A stretch of 63,828 nucleotides of DNA, counting the filler, from Octopus bimaculoides (taxonomy: Eukaryota), in NCBI RefSeq assembly GCF_001194135.2. It is 5 parts of 5 records of this genome, joined end to end, with 100 filler letters (N's around TTAATTAATTAA, not from the genome) between each part and the next. Parts side by side here need not be neighbours in the genome. Positions count along the whole stretch, not along the records: positions 61,244 to 63,828 come from NC_068996.1; 4 more parts are not named here. One strand, 5' to 3'. Each line of letters begins with the position of its first letter. Position 1 is the stretch's first letter. Below are positions 62,695-63,828 of this stretch, piece after piece. A program made the translations under genes and the position numbers. Under the pieces are notes generated by a model. That model worked only from the letters and a program-made list of their open reading frames with translations, did no database searches and was not told the origin of the DNA.

Positions 62695-63828
62695 AGATAA
62701 AACTTACTTGGAAAAGGATGCGTGGCGTACGATCGTATCATAATATAAATAATATATAAATATATGCATATATATCCATACATATATGTATATACCTACA
62801 TCTTTATGTATACATACATATATGGGTACAAGATATCAAAAAAAAAAAAACGTTAAACACAACGAGAAACGAAAACATAGAAACGAAAACAGAAAACGGA
62901 CTTTTTTCGAACAACGAAAAAAAAACCCCAGAGAAACGAGACATGCAACATAAAGAGTATACCCCTTCGTCAGTCGTCCCTGTTCCATCTACTACGCGTT
63001 TCAAAGACAAGGACAATACGCGACTTCGTTGAAACAGTCCTTCCTGCAAAGCAAATTAAATAAAATTTGGGACTTTTTGCAGAGGGTGAAAGGGTTAACA
63101 AGAACAGGATAGTGAGAACATGACAGTAAAAACAAACGGTGAAGGCTGTTAAGCCAAGACGATAGAAAAATTATTATGAACGCTAAGTAGACGTGCATGA
63201 GAGAAGAGACAGAAAAACACGTCTTTTCTATATGAAGGCAGTGGATAGAAAGAGAGATCCCCTTTCGTCACGAGTCAGCGACAAGAGGGTCAAGGAGGAA
63301 GAGTGAGAGAGAGAGGGGGAACGGTGAAAGGGAGAGAAGAATAGGGAAAGGGTGGGAGCGAAAAACAGAAAGGATATATATATATGTATATCTGTATATA
63401 TATGTACATATATATACATATATATATGTATATATACATACATACATACATACATACNNNNNNNNNNACATGGTTCCGGGTTCAGTCCCACTGCATGGCA
63501 CCTTGGGCAAATGCCTTTACAATAGCCTCAGCTGACCAAAACTGAATGTGTGTGTCTACGTGTGTGTGTTGGTGTCTTTATGTCCACGTAACTTAACGAG
63601 AAAATAGAAATAAGTGGTGGGATCGATTCTTTCGACAAAAATTCTTCAAGGTGGTGCCCCAGCATGGTCGCAGTCTAATGAATGTTACATGTAAAAGATA
63701 AAAGATATATGTATGTGTGTATGTACATATGTATGCATTATATATACATATACATATATATGTTTATATAAATGTACATGTTTATACATACTTATGTATA
63801 TATATATACATGTATATATATATATATA

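Noticed and set aside
62965-63010. Type II hammerhead (GAAACGCGTA...CTGACGA)
   Set aside because: Stem I does not pair and stem II is weak, so it is not called as a ribozyme

Overview
AT-rich, microsatellite-saturated eukaryotic draft-assembly window with about 20 N-gaps. The repeat families resemble those of a coleoid cephalopod (Octopus-like); this is inference, not a database result. Most listed ORFs are artefacts of N-runs and simple repeats. The one well-supported host gene is a minus-strand alpha-carbonic anhydrase. It has a 36-nt exon (9709-9744) spliced in phase to a 174-nt exon (5392-5565), giving KYYDWHYEGEVG-IHTWHANYNICAAGNHQSPIDI...NDGRT, with Arg at the His64 proton-shuttle position. 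Its first exon and catalytic exons were not found. The rest is mostly transposon-derived: several tRNA-type SINE families (including a six-copy head-to-tail array in the CA intron), RTE and R4/Dong LINE fragments, Penelope RT/GIY-YIG fragments, a full-length decayed Tc1, mariner pieces, MITEs and a Helitron end. The most interesting signal is three unrelated repeat families carrying Penelope-type minimal hammerhead ribozyme motifs. One of them is fused behind a tRNA-like Pol III head (22843-23067), suggesting a Penelope-partnered, ribozyme-bearing SINE.
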